A stretch of 64,000 nt of DNA from Octopus vulgaris (GCA_951406725.2 OX597817.1:70122001-70186000); one strand, 5' to 3'; counted from the stretch's first letter, positions 28,613-43,047 are shown. Numbers and translations: made by a program. Notes: generated from the letters alone by a model not told the origin.

Positions 28613-29007
28613 TGTGTACATACATAGATGTGTGTGTAAATATATAAACTTTATATAAGCATATGCATTTGTGTATATATGTGCGTGCAAATATATGCTT
28701 GAGAGTGTATGTGTGATCGTGTATCTGTGTAATATCAACTGGATGAGAAAATTTGTGAAAATTTATTATGAGAGTCGCCTTCACTATCTGTGTGCATGTG
28801 ATTGTATACGCAGGCACACACATACATATGTGAATGTATGTATGCATGTATGTGTGTATATGTATATTTATATTTATATATATATATATATATGTATGCA
28901 TGTATGTATGTATGTATTATGTATGTATGTATGTATTTATATATATATATATATATATATAAATACATACATACATACATACATACATACATACATACAT
29001 ACATACA

Positions 29008-29038
<31 letters not shown>

Positions 29039-29742
29039 GTACATACATAAACACACACACACACACACATATATGTCTCTGCGTATGTATGTATGTATGT
29101 AAGTATATAGTTTTGTGTGTTAGTGCTTCCGAAGAATAATTTTATGGATGTATCATATCGGTTATATAATTTACATATGTAGCGTAATTATAATCTATAT
29201 TACCAGTCTCAACAGAATAATACGTAATTATAATTGTGCGTAATTCTCGGCTGACACGAAGAGAACAGCATTTCTTGATTCCAGATTAACCTTGGCACTA
29301 AATATGCGGTTATTTCCCTTGACATTTGGCCTAGTTAGGTAATTTTCACAAGCCTTCCGGCGACAATCTTTAGATCGTATATTGTTCAATTGTCATGATA
29401 AGCAGGGGAAGAGGTGTTCGGTGTGGGTTAATTTCTGAAAGATACTTCTGAATATCTACGCCATTTTTCAAAACCTAGACAGCGAATTTTGCTTGCTGGC
29501 TTTTGCATTTTTGCAACCGATGCATTAATGGTGTTTAAATGTCGATAACGTACAAGCCGGGAAGACCCATAATCCCAATGAAACTGAGGTGTGACAGGAT
29601 GGGGACCATATCACGAGCAAAAAGTGAGCACCGAGCTTAATTGCGGAAAAATAGCGCTTTACTATTTCACTGCGTAAAGTCCCCCTAGACTTTATACATA
29701 CACAAACGCACACACACACACACATATACATACACTCACAAA

Positions 29743-29876
<134 letters not shown>

Positions 29877-31614
29877 TGGTTTTTATTACAGATTATCCAT
29901 ACGGAATTGTGAAAATGAAACCCGCCATTAATTGGCGAGTTAGAATAACACAAATCCGACTATTAATCCATGACGAGATGAGAGCGTTATAGTATATTGC
30001 GTAATTTCATACTCGTTATAAAAAATTCATACCTGACTGTGCTTTTCTTATGTCACAATAATAGTGCGTGTGTGTGTGTGTGTGTGTGTCTGCGTGTGTG
30101 TTTGAAGGTACGTGACTTTTTCGGTTCATGATTGTAAAGTTGTGAGATCGATTCCCGCCGGCGCGCTGTATCCTTGAGGAAGGCACTTTAATTCTCATTG
30201 TTCCGGTCCTCTCAGCTAGCAAAAATCATTAGTACCTGCATTTCAAAAACCTAGGCTCATCACATTCTGTGTCATGCTGAATCTCTCAGAAAACTATGAT
30301 AAGAGTTCACGTGCCTGTGGAATGCTCTGCCACTTACACGCTAAGTTTGCGAACAGGCTAAAACACTCCGCATCGTAACTGGCAGAGAACCTATATATAT
30401 ACATACATATATACATGCATACATACATACATACATACATACATACATACATACATACATACATACATACATGCATACATACATACATACATACATACAC
30501 ACAACTAAAATTACCCTGTTGTCGATGTTGAAATTCCGATGAAGAAACCTTGGATCTAGGTTAGAAACCGGTTCTTCCTCTATTGGCAAGAAATCTTGGA
30601 ATAAACTGAACAATGACATACATACGTACATGCATAGACATGCTCACACACAAAAATATACACACAAACCCGCACGCATGCACATACACAGAGTACCTGT
30701 TGCTATTCCCATATGGTTTTAAACTAGTATCGAGAAATTTGGACACCACGGTCTTCATATTCTCTTATAGTTGTCAACATAAACGACATAATGGTAGCAT
30801 GTCACCTGATGAGTGATGATTCTGGTAATCTGTAACTTCATATATAATATGTCTGTTGCAGTGTGAACAGATAATGAAATGTCTTTCTGCTCATTATTGG
30901 TGCGGACCGGGTGTGATACGATATTGCTTTTAGTCAAACACAAATTACGGCCTTTTTAACATTTATACCGCAGTTCAGTAGAATCAAACGCTATCAGAGA
31001 AGTATTTCTTTGTTTGGCCAAATGTGACCCCAGACCGATGAGTTGTATTGTTTTCTTCGTGACAATATTTGAAGCATTATATGCTGGTATGTTCAGCCCT
31101 TGAGTTTTCTGTAAGTAGATGTAAAATTTATGAAATTTTATAGATGCGGTTGACTGATACATAACGTTGAAAACAATGGTAATACAGTACCTTCGTTGTC
31201 CTTGTAAAACTCTGTAGCATGTTTCTGAGGATGATCCTCATCACGCTGATTCTATTGCAATAATGAATTTTTGCAACATTTTACAAGAACATTCAAGACT
31301 TCAATATGCGGCCGTAATCTTCAAGGAATGACCAGCTTGCTGCAAAAAAAACATCATCCGTGGATGAGTAGCCTCAGCACTGATGACCATCATCAGTGTC
31401 ACACTAGTATCACTATTTATTACTGACTACAAGATCGAAGTACACAACTTTCGCCATTGTTTGTATGAATCAACCTGGAAAGTTCCATTTTCAAGAACAC
31501 GTGCCCACATCATCCACAATAGCTTCTTTTGCTCACATCTCTATCTCTCTTTCTCTCTTTCTTTCTTTCGGTCTTTCTTTCTTTCTTTATTCATTTATTT
31601 ATTCATTTCTCTTT

Positions 31615-31669
<55 letters not shown>

Positions 31670-31931
31670 CTCTTTTTCTTCCTTTTACTTAAGCTATCCA
31701 TTAGCGTTAGCGTCTCAATCCAACTGTTTCTGTTTGCATGCTCCTTCCCTTCATTAAATTTCTCTGATCACAACCTCTTTTTTGATATTGTAGGTGAGGT
31801 ACTACCAATTTGTTGCATGTCTGCTAGCTAATGGCTTCTGTGCAGTTCCTATCCTTGAATTTTCAGATTAAACTCAACACAAGCACACACACACACAGCA
31901 CGCTGTATATATTACATATAAGTGCGTGTGT

Positions 31932-31966
<35 letters not shown>

Positions 31967-32220
31967 TGTGTGTGTGTGTGTATCCTACTTGCACATTAAG
32001 TTAGACTTACAAGAGAAAAGGGCAATCAGCACGTAATTGAGAGTTCAATTATACTTTTCAGCTAAAGCCATACATGTCTTGCGATTACATCTTGATTTAG
32101 AAGAAGCCTGCTTTAGCCAAGTATTTAGCTAAGCCTTGTCGGCAACTTAGATTAATATTATAGCATACCGTACTGCTGTCTGAATGAATGTGCGAAGCAC
32201 ATATATGCATACACACACAC

Positions 32221-32278
<58 letters not shown>

Positions 32279-32286
32279 GTGTGTGT

Positions 32287-32985
32287 GTGTATATTTAGGG
32301 CTAAAAACCATTATGTGGACAGCCATATGCTAGAAGTAGATCACATACGATTAAACTGCAAAGAAAGAATGTTCTCCAGAGAAAATCCAGCGGACACCAG
32401 AACATAGGCGGGCAAGACAGGTGAAAATTATATAAAAATCAAGAATTAATCGTATACCGGTTTCGTCTATCACCGAATAAACTACTTACGCAATCCTTCG
32501 TCCGTAGATTCATCAGTACGATCTTTCCAAAAGCAATATAATTTGTAAAACTAACCACCAGTTTTCTGTATAAAACCAGACACGTGCTTAGTTCTACCTA
32601 TTATATTGGGCTTAATTTCAAATGTCTGAGTTCTGAGTTCTGGAGGACTGATGAATCTACGGACGAAGGATTACGTAAGTAATTTATTCGGTGATAGACG
32701 AAACCGGTATACGATTAATTCTTGATTTTTATGTAATTTTCATCTGTCTTGCCCGCCTATGTTCTGGTGTCCGCTGGATTTTCTCTGGAGAACATTCTTT
32801 CTTTGTAGTTTAATCGTATGTGATCTACTTCTAACATATGGCTGTCCACATAGTGGTTTTTAGCCCTAAATATACACATGTATTGGAATTTTCTCTGATT
32901 TTTCAGATTTTTATATGCTAGGCTACTGGTTTTAACTTGATATTAATTAAATTAATATTCAATTTATCTCCCTCATTATTTAAAT
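32287..32985. mobile_element. Head-to-head inverted PLE pLTR pair
   Basis: Arms 32287-32517 / 32647-32877, containing a hammerhead motif. Microsatellite flanks. Confidence 0.85.
32449..32522 (-). ncRNA. Type I hammerhead ribozyme motif with extended stem II
   Basis: AUCGUA-CUGAUGA-AUCUA..UAGAC-GAAA-CCGG-UA-UACGAU with a perfect 6-bp stem I. The + copy at 32648-32715 lacks the 5' stem I strand. Confidence 0.85.
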
Positions 32986-33010
32986 TATATATATACACAC
33001 ACACGCACGC

Positions 33011-33072
<62 letters not shown>

Positions 33073-33109
33073 ATTTATATATTTATTTATTTATTTATTT
33101 ATTTATTTA

Positions 33110-34377
33110 TTGACTCGGCAAGAAAGTAATTTCGTTCTTTTTTAGTGTGAATAAAAGTTGTTTTTTTTTTTCATACAAAAAATGAACTTTAATCAATTAT
33201 ATATTTTCCATTTTGTTCGATGATCTTTTACCACCTTTCTGGCAACTTCATGAATCCGGGATCATAGAACTTCTGATCCTTATTAGCCAAAGATTGATGC
33301 AAGTGCAATTTCAGGTCATCATCATTATTGAAAGTTTTACCATTCAAAGAATTTTGCAAACTTCGAAATAAATGATAATCTGATGGTGCAATGGTGGGGC
33401 TATATGGTGGATGTGACATTACTTCTCAACCAAGCTCCAATAATTTTTCACAAGTTAGCAAAGACGTGTGTTGTCTAGCGATTCCTTTACGATTTGCCAA
33501 TTCTGGCCGTTTGCCTTTGATTGTTTCCTCCAGTTTCATTAGTTGTTGACAGCAAACATCTGAATTGATCGTTTAGTTTCTTGGAAGCAGCTCGGACAAG
33601 GACGGTTACTAAATACAGAACACGTTTGTAATCCCACCAAATCGACAGCATGACCTTTTTTATGCAATTCTGCTTTCGATATGATTTGTGCTGGTTCAAT
33701 ACGCTTGGACTATGATCGTTTGCGATTGATGTTATTGTAAACAATCCATTGTTCGTTTCAAAACTAGGTCGATTTCATTGCGTTTGACATGCATATCGCA
33801 AATATTGATTCGTTTTATTAAGTGTAATCTCTTTCAATTTATGTGGAACTTAAATATCAAGCTTTTTAATGAGTCCGAGACATTTTAAATGATTTTCAGT
33901 TGTTGTGTGTGATACATTTAACCTCTCTGCAATCTCTTGCACAGTTTTATGACAATCAGATTCATTTAGGATTTTTATTCGGTCATCATCAACTTCAGTA
34001 GGTCGACCAGAACGTTGATCGTCTTTGAGTAAAAAATCTGAAGAACGGAATTTTTAAAACCATTTCTGACATGTGCGCTCTGTTAAGCAGTCAACATCAT
34101 AAACTTAACATATCTCCTTTTGAGCTTAGCAACTTTATTGCCTTTAACGGAAATAAAACAGCAAAATATGGCGAAAATGTTCGTTTTTGTATTACATGTT
34201 AAAATTAACACTGAACGAACAACTGTAAACAAAATTACACGTAATTTGCTTCTAAAATAAGTTAAAAGTAACGGCTATCAAATGTCAAAAGGAAAGAAAT
34301 CATGACATTGACAAAAGTCATTCAAAAGAATCGCAACTTTATTTGCGAAAAAGGAAATTACTTTCTTGCCAAACCAT
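33110..34377 (-). mobile_element. Full-length degenerate mariner transposon
   Basis: TIRs sharing GGCAAGAAAGTAATTTC, TA on both sides, ~1.27 kb. KKVMLSIWWD and HPPYSPTIAPSDYHLFRSLQN. Confidence 0.93.
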
Positions 34378-34461
34378 TATGTATGCATACATACATACAT
34401 ACATACACATGTATGTATATATGTACGCATCTACGTAAATATATATGTATGTATATAATGT

Positions 34462-34519
<58 letters not shown>

Positions 34520-34559
34520 AAGTGGTAGTGGTCGTGGTCGTCGTTGTTTTTGTTTAGAC

Positions 34560-34925
34560 GTTTGCTATCACAGGATTCCAGGTTCAGTCCCACTGGTTAG
34601 TACGTTGGGCAAATGCCTTCTACTATAGCCTCGGGCCACCAAACCCTTAGGAGTAGATTTGGAAGACGGAAACTGGAAGAAGCTTGTCGCGTATATGCAC
34701 ATGTGTGTTTGTGTGTTTTTTTGTCTGTGTTTGTCCCCTGTTCCACCATTTTGCAACCAGTGTTGGTGAGTTTACGTCTCCATAACTTAGTGGTTCGGCT
34801 CAAAAAATAACGATAGATTAAGTACCAGAAAATGTTGGGGTCGATTCGTTTGACTAAAAATTTTTGAAGGCTGTGATCCTGCATGATCGCAGTCTAATGA
34901 CTGAAACAAGTAAAAGAAATAGAAG
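34560..34925 (+). mobile_element. SINE family A, diverged
   Basis: GGTTCAGTCCCACTG head and GACTGAAACAAGTAAAAG tail. Confidence 0.8.
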
Positions 34926-34938
34926 ATATATATATATA

Positions 34939-35707
34939 ATCGTTGTTTTTCGTCCGCCGCCATAGGCATCGCCGATAAGGCTCCTTTCCTTGCGCCAGAG
35001 AAATAATTTGTTTGCTTGTTATCAGTCGTAAGACACTTGTTGTTGTTTTCACCGTTAATGCTTCTGTATTTCATGTTTCTGTATTCCATTATTTTTTTGT
35101 GTTTTTTTATATTCGTCCCTTTTGCTGTCCTGGTGTCCGTATGCATTCGATCCTTCTTCCAGGAAATCTACGCTCCCAGCTTAGTTTTTCTAATGCTCGT
35201 TGCTTAGTTTTTCTTGGAGGGCTGGCCGTGATCTAGTAATCTCAAGATTAATCAGCCGAAATTACTACGATGATCCGGTTCTTGACTGAAGACTGAGGGT
35301 TTCGAATGTCCTGTCCGTGTTTATTGTATCGTCTTCTAAGAGTTATACGTTCTTGTCCATGTTGTATTTTTCTACATACCTTAACATATATTCCAGGCGC
35401 CACGTACCCTCTTAACATTAATGTGAGCACATATTCTTAATAACTGGTACGACTCTTTGTTTGTCTCTCTCTCTCTCTCACTTTTACTTGATCTGTCCCC
35501 TTCTCTCTCTACTCATCCTCTTTTTCTCTTCTCTTTCCTCTGATCCTTTGGTCTAATCTTCCACTACCCTCCTAATTCTTTGTCGCGCTCTGCACTCACA
35601 GGTCAATCTTCGACACCCATCCCTTCTCCTCTCTGATTCCTTCTTTCTCTCTCTTCTCTCTCTTTGTTGCGTTTGTCCCTCCTCTCTCTCTCTCCTCTCT
35701 CTCTCTC

Positions 35708-35738
<31 letters not shown>

Positions 35739-36573
35739 TCCGTTGCTTCTCTTTCTTTTCTTTTCTCTCTTCTCTGTCACGTGACTGCTGGCCGAAATCT
35801 GCCTTTCAGCTTCTGACCAGTGTCGTGTTAACATCGTTGTTTTTCGTCCGCCGCTATAGGCATCGCCGATAAGGCTCCTTTCCTTGCGCCAGAGAAATAA
35901 TTTGTTTGCTTGTTATCAGTCGTAAGACACTTGTTGTTGTTTTCACCGTTAATGCTTCTGTATTTCATGTTTCTGTATTCCATTATTTTTTTGTGTTTTT
36001 TTTTATATTCGTCCCTTTTGCTGTCCTGGTGTCCGTATGCATTCGATCCTTCTTCCAGGAAATCTACGCTCCCAGCTTAGTTTTTCTAATGCTCGTTGCT
36101 TAGTTTTTCTTGGAGGGCTGGCCGTGATCTAGTAATCTCAAGATTAATCAGCCGAAATTACTACGATGATCCGGTTCTTGACTGAAGACTGAGGGTTTCG
36201 AATGTCCTGTCCGTGTTTATTGTATCGTCTTCTAAGAGTTATACGTTCTTGTCCATGTTGTATTTTTCTACATACCTTAACATATATTCCAGGCGCCACG
36301 TACCCTCTTAACATTAATGTGAGCACATATTCTTAATAACTGGTACGACTCTTTGTTTGTCTCTCTCTCTCTCTCACTTTTACTTGATCTGTCCCCTTCT
36401 CTCTCTACTCATCCTCTTTTTCTCTTCTCTTTCCTCTGATTCTTTGGTCTAATCTTCCACTACCCTCCTATTTCTTTGTCTCGCTCTGCACTCACAGGTC
36501 AATCTTCGACACCCATCCCTTCTCCTCTCTGATTCCTTCTTTCTCTCTCTTCTCTCTCTTTGTTGCGTTTGTC

Positions 36574-36636
<63 letters not shown>

Positions 36637-37468
36637 GTTGCTTCTCTTTCTTTTCTTTTCTCTCTTCTCTGTCACGTGACTGCTGGCCGAAATCTGCCTT
36701 TCAGCTTCTGACCAGCGTCGTGTTAACATCGTTGTTTTTCGTCCGCCGCTATAGGCATCGCCGATAAGGCTCCTTTCCTTGCGCCAGAGAAAAATTTGTT
36801 TGCTTGTTATCAGTCGTAAGACACTTGTTGTTGTTTTCACCGTTAATGCTTCTGTATTTCATGTTTCTGTATTCCATTATTTTTTTTTGTTTTTTTTTAT
36901 ATTCGTCCCTTTTGCTGTCCTGGTGTCCGTATGCATTCGATCCTTCTTCCAGGAAATCTACGCTCCCAGCTTAGTTTTTCTAATGCTCGTTGCTTAGTTT
37001 TTCTTGGAGGGCTGGCCGTGATCTAGTAATCTCAAGATTAATCAGCCGAAATTACTACGATGATCCGGTTCTTGACTGAAGACTGAGGGTTTCGAATGTC
37101 CTGTCCGTGTTTATTGTATCGTCTTCTAAGAGTTATACGTTCTTGTCCATGTTGTATTTTTCTACATACCTTAACATATATTCCAGGCGCCACGTACCCT
37201 CTTAACATTAATGTGAGCACATATTCTTAATAACTGGTACGACTCTTTGTTTGTCTCTCTCTCTCTCTCACTTTTACTTGATATGTCCCCTTCTCTCTCT
37301 ACTCATCCTCTTTTTCTCTTCTCTTTCCTCTGATTCTTTGGTCTAATCTTCCACTACCCTCCTAATTCTTTGTCTCGCTCTGCACTCACAGGTCAATCTT
37401 CGACACCCATCCCTTCTCCTCTCTGATTCCTTCTTTCTCTCTCTTCTCTCTCTTTGTTGCGTTTGTCC

Positions 37469-37504
<36 letters not shown>

Positions 37505-38034
37505 GTTGCTTCTCTTTCTTTTCTTTTCTCTCTTCTCTGTCACGTGACTGCTGGCCGAAATCTGCCTTTCAGCTTCTGACCAGCGTCGTGTTAACATCGT
37601 TGTTTTTCGTCCGCCGCTATAGGCATCGCCGATAAGGCTCCTTTCCTTGCGCCAGAGAAATAATTTGTTTGCTTGTTATCAGTCGTAAGACACTTGTTGT
37701 TGTTTTCACCGTTAATGCTTCTGTATTTCATGTTTCTGTATTCCATTATTTTTTGTGTTTTTTTTATATTCGTCCCTTTTGCTGTCCTGGTGTCCGTATG
37801 CATTCGATCCTTCTTCCAGGAAATCTACGCTCCCAGCTTAGTTTTTCTAATGCTCGTTGCTTAGTTTTTCTTGGAGGGCTGGCCGTGATCTAGTAATCTC
37901 AAGATTAATCAGCCGAAATTACTACGATGATCCGGTTCTTGACTGAAGACTGAGGGTTTCGAATGTCCTGTCCGTGTTTATTGTATCGTCTTCTAAGAGT
38001 TATACGTTCTTGTCCATGTATTTTTCTACATACC

Positions 38035-38038
<4 letters not shown>
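34939..38038 (+). repeat. Tandem array of 3.5 near-identical non-coding units (894, 895, 868 bp) inserted in (TA)n
   Basis: Units start at 34939, 35833, 36728 and 37596. They differ mainly in (CT)n and poly-T length. Confidence 0.95.
35144..35308 (+). ncRNA. Candidate rearranged (pseudoknotted) hammerhead ribozyme, one per tandem unit
   Basis: GGCUGG..UAGUAAU-C-UCAAGA-UUAA-UCAGCC-GAAAUUACUA..UCUUGA-CUGAAGA. Confidence 0.65.
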
Positions 38039-38108
<70 letters not shown>

Positions 38109-38209
38109 TAGGCATGTGTGTATATAAATGTGTATGCGTGTCTGTGTGTGCGCGCATGTGTGTATGCGTGTGTGTCTGCTTGTATAAAGATAGATAGATA
38201 GATAGATAC

Positions 38210-38295
<86 letters not shown>

Positions 38296-38992
38296 TGACA
38301 GACAGACAGACAGACAGATAGATGGATAGATAGATATGTATGTATGTATGTATGTATATCCGCTGTCAAGAAATGATTCGAAGTAATTTTCGATACAAAG
38401 GCAAACTGCCATGGTTTACTTAGGGAGTTCAGTGGCCTGTGACACGGGCCCTGTTTTGAGCCGTCTAAACAAACAGCTACACGTCGTGGAAACGGCAGAG
38501 TAATAGGCTATAGACATACCTATATATGTGCATGTTGGAGAGGGGCACTTTTCATTGCGTTGGTTTGACTTTTGATTTCATATAAAATAATTACATCGTG
38601 GAAGTGCCATTTCAGGCATTTAAACAATCACAAAAAATACGTTATATTCAGCTTTTCATTGAGTTTTATGAAAATACTGTTTATTATGAAATGTCAAACG
38701 GATTCGTCGCACTTCATTGACCTGGTCACTGACCTCGTCAATTCTACTACAATGCGTGAGAGTAGAACTTTCTGTAAAATATATTGTTAATTACTTGATT
38801 TTTTTTTTCTCTATTTTATTTGAATGTTACTAACAATTGCCAGTAGGTTTTATTTCTCTTTCTCCAACCAAAAAGTAAACTTCAATTCATTGAGAATTTT
38901 TTGCATGCCTCATTCGGAATATTACCTCTAACATGAATTACACCTACATACACACAGGTGCACATACACAAATAAATAGATAGATGTGTATA

Positions 38993-39027
<35 letters not shown>

Positions 39028-39196
39028 TGACATAAGAAAAATCGAATCAAGTTTGTTTTAAGATAATGGTCAATTGCCAAAAATCAACAGTCCTTTCTTA
39101 GTTACTCACATAGTGTGCGTGTGGTGGTGCGTTCATGCATATATAATTTACATAAATAGATATATATACATACATATATATATATACATATATATA

Positions 39197-39242
<46 letters not shown>

Positions 39243-39407
39243 TACACACACATCAGAGGGAATGAATAATGTACACATATAAACATAAAATATATAAACA
39301 TATATATTTACATATATATATATATATCTATACATATGTATATACATGTACATGTATACATATGTGTATATATATGCATAGATATACATATATACATTAA
39401 ATACATA

Positions 39408-39540
<133 letters not shown>

Positions 39541-39575
39541 TAGATATACAACATACATTAAATACATAAATACAT

Positions 39576-39608
<33 letters not shown>

Positions 39609-39609
39609 T

Positions 39610-39645
<36 letters not shown>

Positions 39646-40241
39646 ACACACACGTAAATATATATTTTCACACTGCTATTTGGTAAGCCAAAGAAGGACT
39701 GTTCGTTTTGGCATTTGCTCAGATTCTTAAAACAAACCTGATTTGATTGTTTCCGCGGTACTATTGTTACTGTAACTTTCGATGTTGTTACTATCATTGC
39801 TATTGTTGCTACTACTACTGTTGTTATTGTTGTTGTTGTTGTTGTTGTTGTTTTTGTTGTGTATATTTTCAGCTCTCCCGATGATTACCTAAAGTATTTC
39901 AACATTATTAATCACTTTCTGTTCAGGTTATATTTTGCTTCTGGGACTATGTATCAATCAGTCGCATTTATATTCTCTTCCGTATCTTCCTCTACCAACA
40001 ACTAAAGGCACGCATAGACATTATTATACGCAATACAACGTAAGCACGGACGTATATATATATATATATGCATACAGCAACTATGCTTTATAAACATCGT
40101 ACATACGAAACACATATATACACATACATTACACAACTCACCACAAACAACATTACCCTTACAATCCTGCAGGCAAACATACACTCGAACGCATGCATGC
40201 ATAAATATGTATAAACAAATACACACACACACACACATATA

Positions 40242-40290
<49 letters not shown>

Positions 40291-40717
40291 CTTATAAATA
40301 TGCCTTATATATACATATATATTCACATATATATTATATATACATATTATATATATATATCTTATACGCAAACGCAATAAAATTTATTTGTTTATAAGAG
40401 AACCGCCATTGAACATTTCACTAAAAGGATTTGACCTACCAAAGTTCTATTTCTTCCGCTTCACCCACCCCCTTAGCTCTTTTGCTCCTTCTCCAAATAT
40501 TGGTTTCTGCTGCTATGAATTTGCCGAGAGATAGTAACCGTCCTTGTCCGAGCGCTTAGCAAGGAAAGCTAAGAGTTTCCGACGAGTGGAATCAGTGATA
40601 AAAGTCCCGGATGAGTCATTTCACTTCATTAGTTTACTCGTAACCTACAGTTATCGGCTTGATCGTAATCAATGAAAGATAGATAGGTAGATGGATAGAC
40701 AGATAGATAGATAGATG

Positions 40718-40814
<97 letters not shown>

Positions 40815-40886
40815 CCGGACAGACAGACAGATACATATATATATATATCTGTTAGTTTCTGTTCTATCTATCTATCTATCTATCTA

Positions 40887-41014
<128 letters not shown>

Positions 41015-43047
41015 CAGATTGATAGATAGATAGATGGCCAGATAGTTAGGTAGATAGATAGAACAGAAACTAACAGAGAGATGGGGAGGAAGTAGAGAAT
41101 GCCGGCTCTCCTCTAACTTCACAAAGCATGCGACGATGATCCAACAACCTAATTAAGGATTTATTTATCGTTCTCTGGTCATTACATCGTTTTACAATAT
41201 TCCAAGTAGCCCTTACCTAAATCTATTCATATATACCCATTATTCTTCCACGTCTCGTGACGTATGCAGTTTATAAATAATATATAACACGAGTTTATAG
41301 TTATCGAGTGGGTGCTCGGAGACTACGGAGTCTCTCCAGGTCGAGCTACTAATTCACCGCATTGAGAGATACAGCGGACATGTGATTAGAATGTAGCAAG
41401 AAAGAATCGCAATACGGATTGTTGAAGCCAAGTCAACCAGACCTGGGGGTAGACCAAGAACAAAATGTTGGAAAATATCATAGTCTCAGTTGATCCCTGA
41501 TGATCAAGTGAGTATATGGGTATTACAGTGAATCCAGCAGGAAAGTGTAATAATGGTTGCTTCTGATAGGACCTTATGAAGGAGGTGCCTGAGGACACTA
41601 CTTCCTCGACCCTCCCAGGAATTGTGGACGAAGATCGATGGATGGATGGGTGGATAGATGGATAGTGCTCTGAAACTCTTCTCAGAACTAAATCTTTCCT
41701 CAAATCTCTCCTGCTGTTTTCTGTCTTCTGTATTTAAAACAGACCAAAGAAACAATAAATCATGACTGTTCATTAATTATATTAACGTCAAACATAATTA
41801 CAAGGAGACCATTCTGTTTTGGGAATGGTTAATCAGTCGATTAAACGTACCATAATACTTAACTGGTATTGTTATATCTTTCACAGAAAAATGAAATGTA
41901 ATATCGGCCCTGGCGGAATTTCATCTTAGACCGTTAGAGATTTAATTAGATGCCGCGAGGCATTTCGCTCGAGTCTCTTCAATTTCTGCCAACTTACCAC
42001 AGTTTTATCACCAATTATACTAACTTTCTTTACTGGGCATCATACACCAGAAGACACAAAATGCAACATATTAGCTCCCCTCTTGATCTTGCCTCACCCC
42101 ATCCACTTCATACCATTTGTATTTATCTGGGAAAGCGTTAAGAAATACTGGTGTATTTCCTAGTATATTTTTAATCATGTACGTATGGGCAACGTCTGTA
42201 GTTGTAGTTATGTATGCTTGAAAGAGGAATGCTTCTATATATGTATGTATGGTTATATGCAATTACTATTATGGATACAATGCTCTAGCACACACACACA
42301 CGTGTGTGTATGTATGTATGTATGTATGTATGTATGTATGTATGTATGTATGTATGTATGTGTGCATTTTGTCTCGAGTTCCTTAACTGCTGTTGAAGCT
42401 GTTGGGGCACCTTCGCACCATACAACGTGTCTCCTGGGATTTCCAGGCCCAGATCTGATCACAGATCTCTTCAAATCTTACAGAAAGGGAGAGAAAAAAC
42501 AGGCAGGCAGAAATGAGTCAGAGGGAGATAAAGAGAGAGAGAGAGACCCAAGTAAACTACTGGTATTCAATTTGAAGTCAGAGTACACAGAGCTGAAATG
42601 AATAATACGAGGAAATCAATGCGAAACTCCAGTATTGTGGGGATATATCAGCTGGTCCGAACGAGGTTGATGCGGGATGGCTCGCCCTTGTACCTTCAAA
42701 TAGAGATAGAATGCTCTCTTTGTTATACAATGTAGAAAAAGCTAAGCCAGCAATTCGGGCCGAAGTGCTCTCTTTTTTTACAGTGTGGAAAAAAAGCCAA
42801 CAGCAGAAGCAACATTCTTTAAAGGACGTAACAAAAACTACCACCTGACAGCTCTCGACCAATGAGAAACCACTTGACTGGGGTTTTATCGATAAAATAA
42901 TACACCTGGGTTGCTCTCGCATTGAATTATCAACTGATTCCGTATAAATATAAGCTTCAAATAATGTGCCCTATCTGCAGTTTCTAAACAAAATCGCGTA
43001 AATATCTATATACATACATGTGTGTGTGTGTGTACATGCCTATATAC

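Noticed and set aside
30530-30577. CCGATGA...GAAACCGGTT resembling a hammerhead
   Set aside because: Stem I does not pair and stem II is offset from the core. It is more likely a LINE 3' tail within (TACA)n.
35144-35308. Assignment of the conserved motif to twister, pistol, HDV-like or group I intron folds
   Set aside because: The helix order and conserved nucleotides did not fit these folds. The hammerhead core nucleotides fit in register.
34939-38038. CRISPR array or repeated small protein genes
   Set aside because: The units are ~0.9 kb with no unique spacers. The ORFs are short, low-complexity and frame-variable between units.
42578-42922. 114-aa ORF, or E-box/CCAAT cluster as an enhancer (similar cluster at 54660-54950)
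   Set aside because: There is no recognisable protein, and such short motifs are expected by chance without conservation data.
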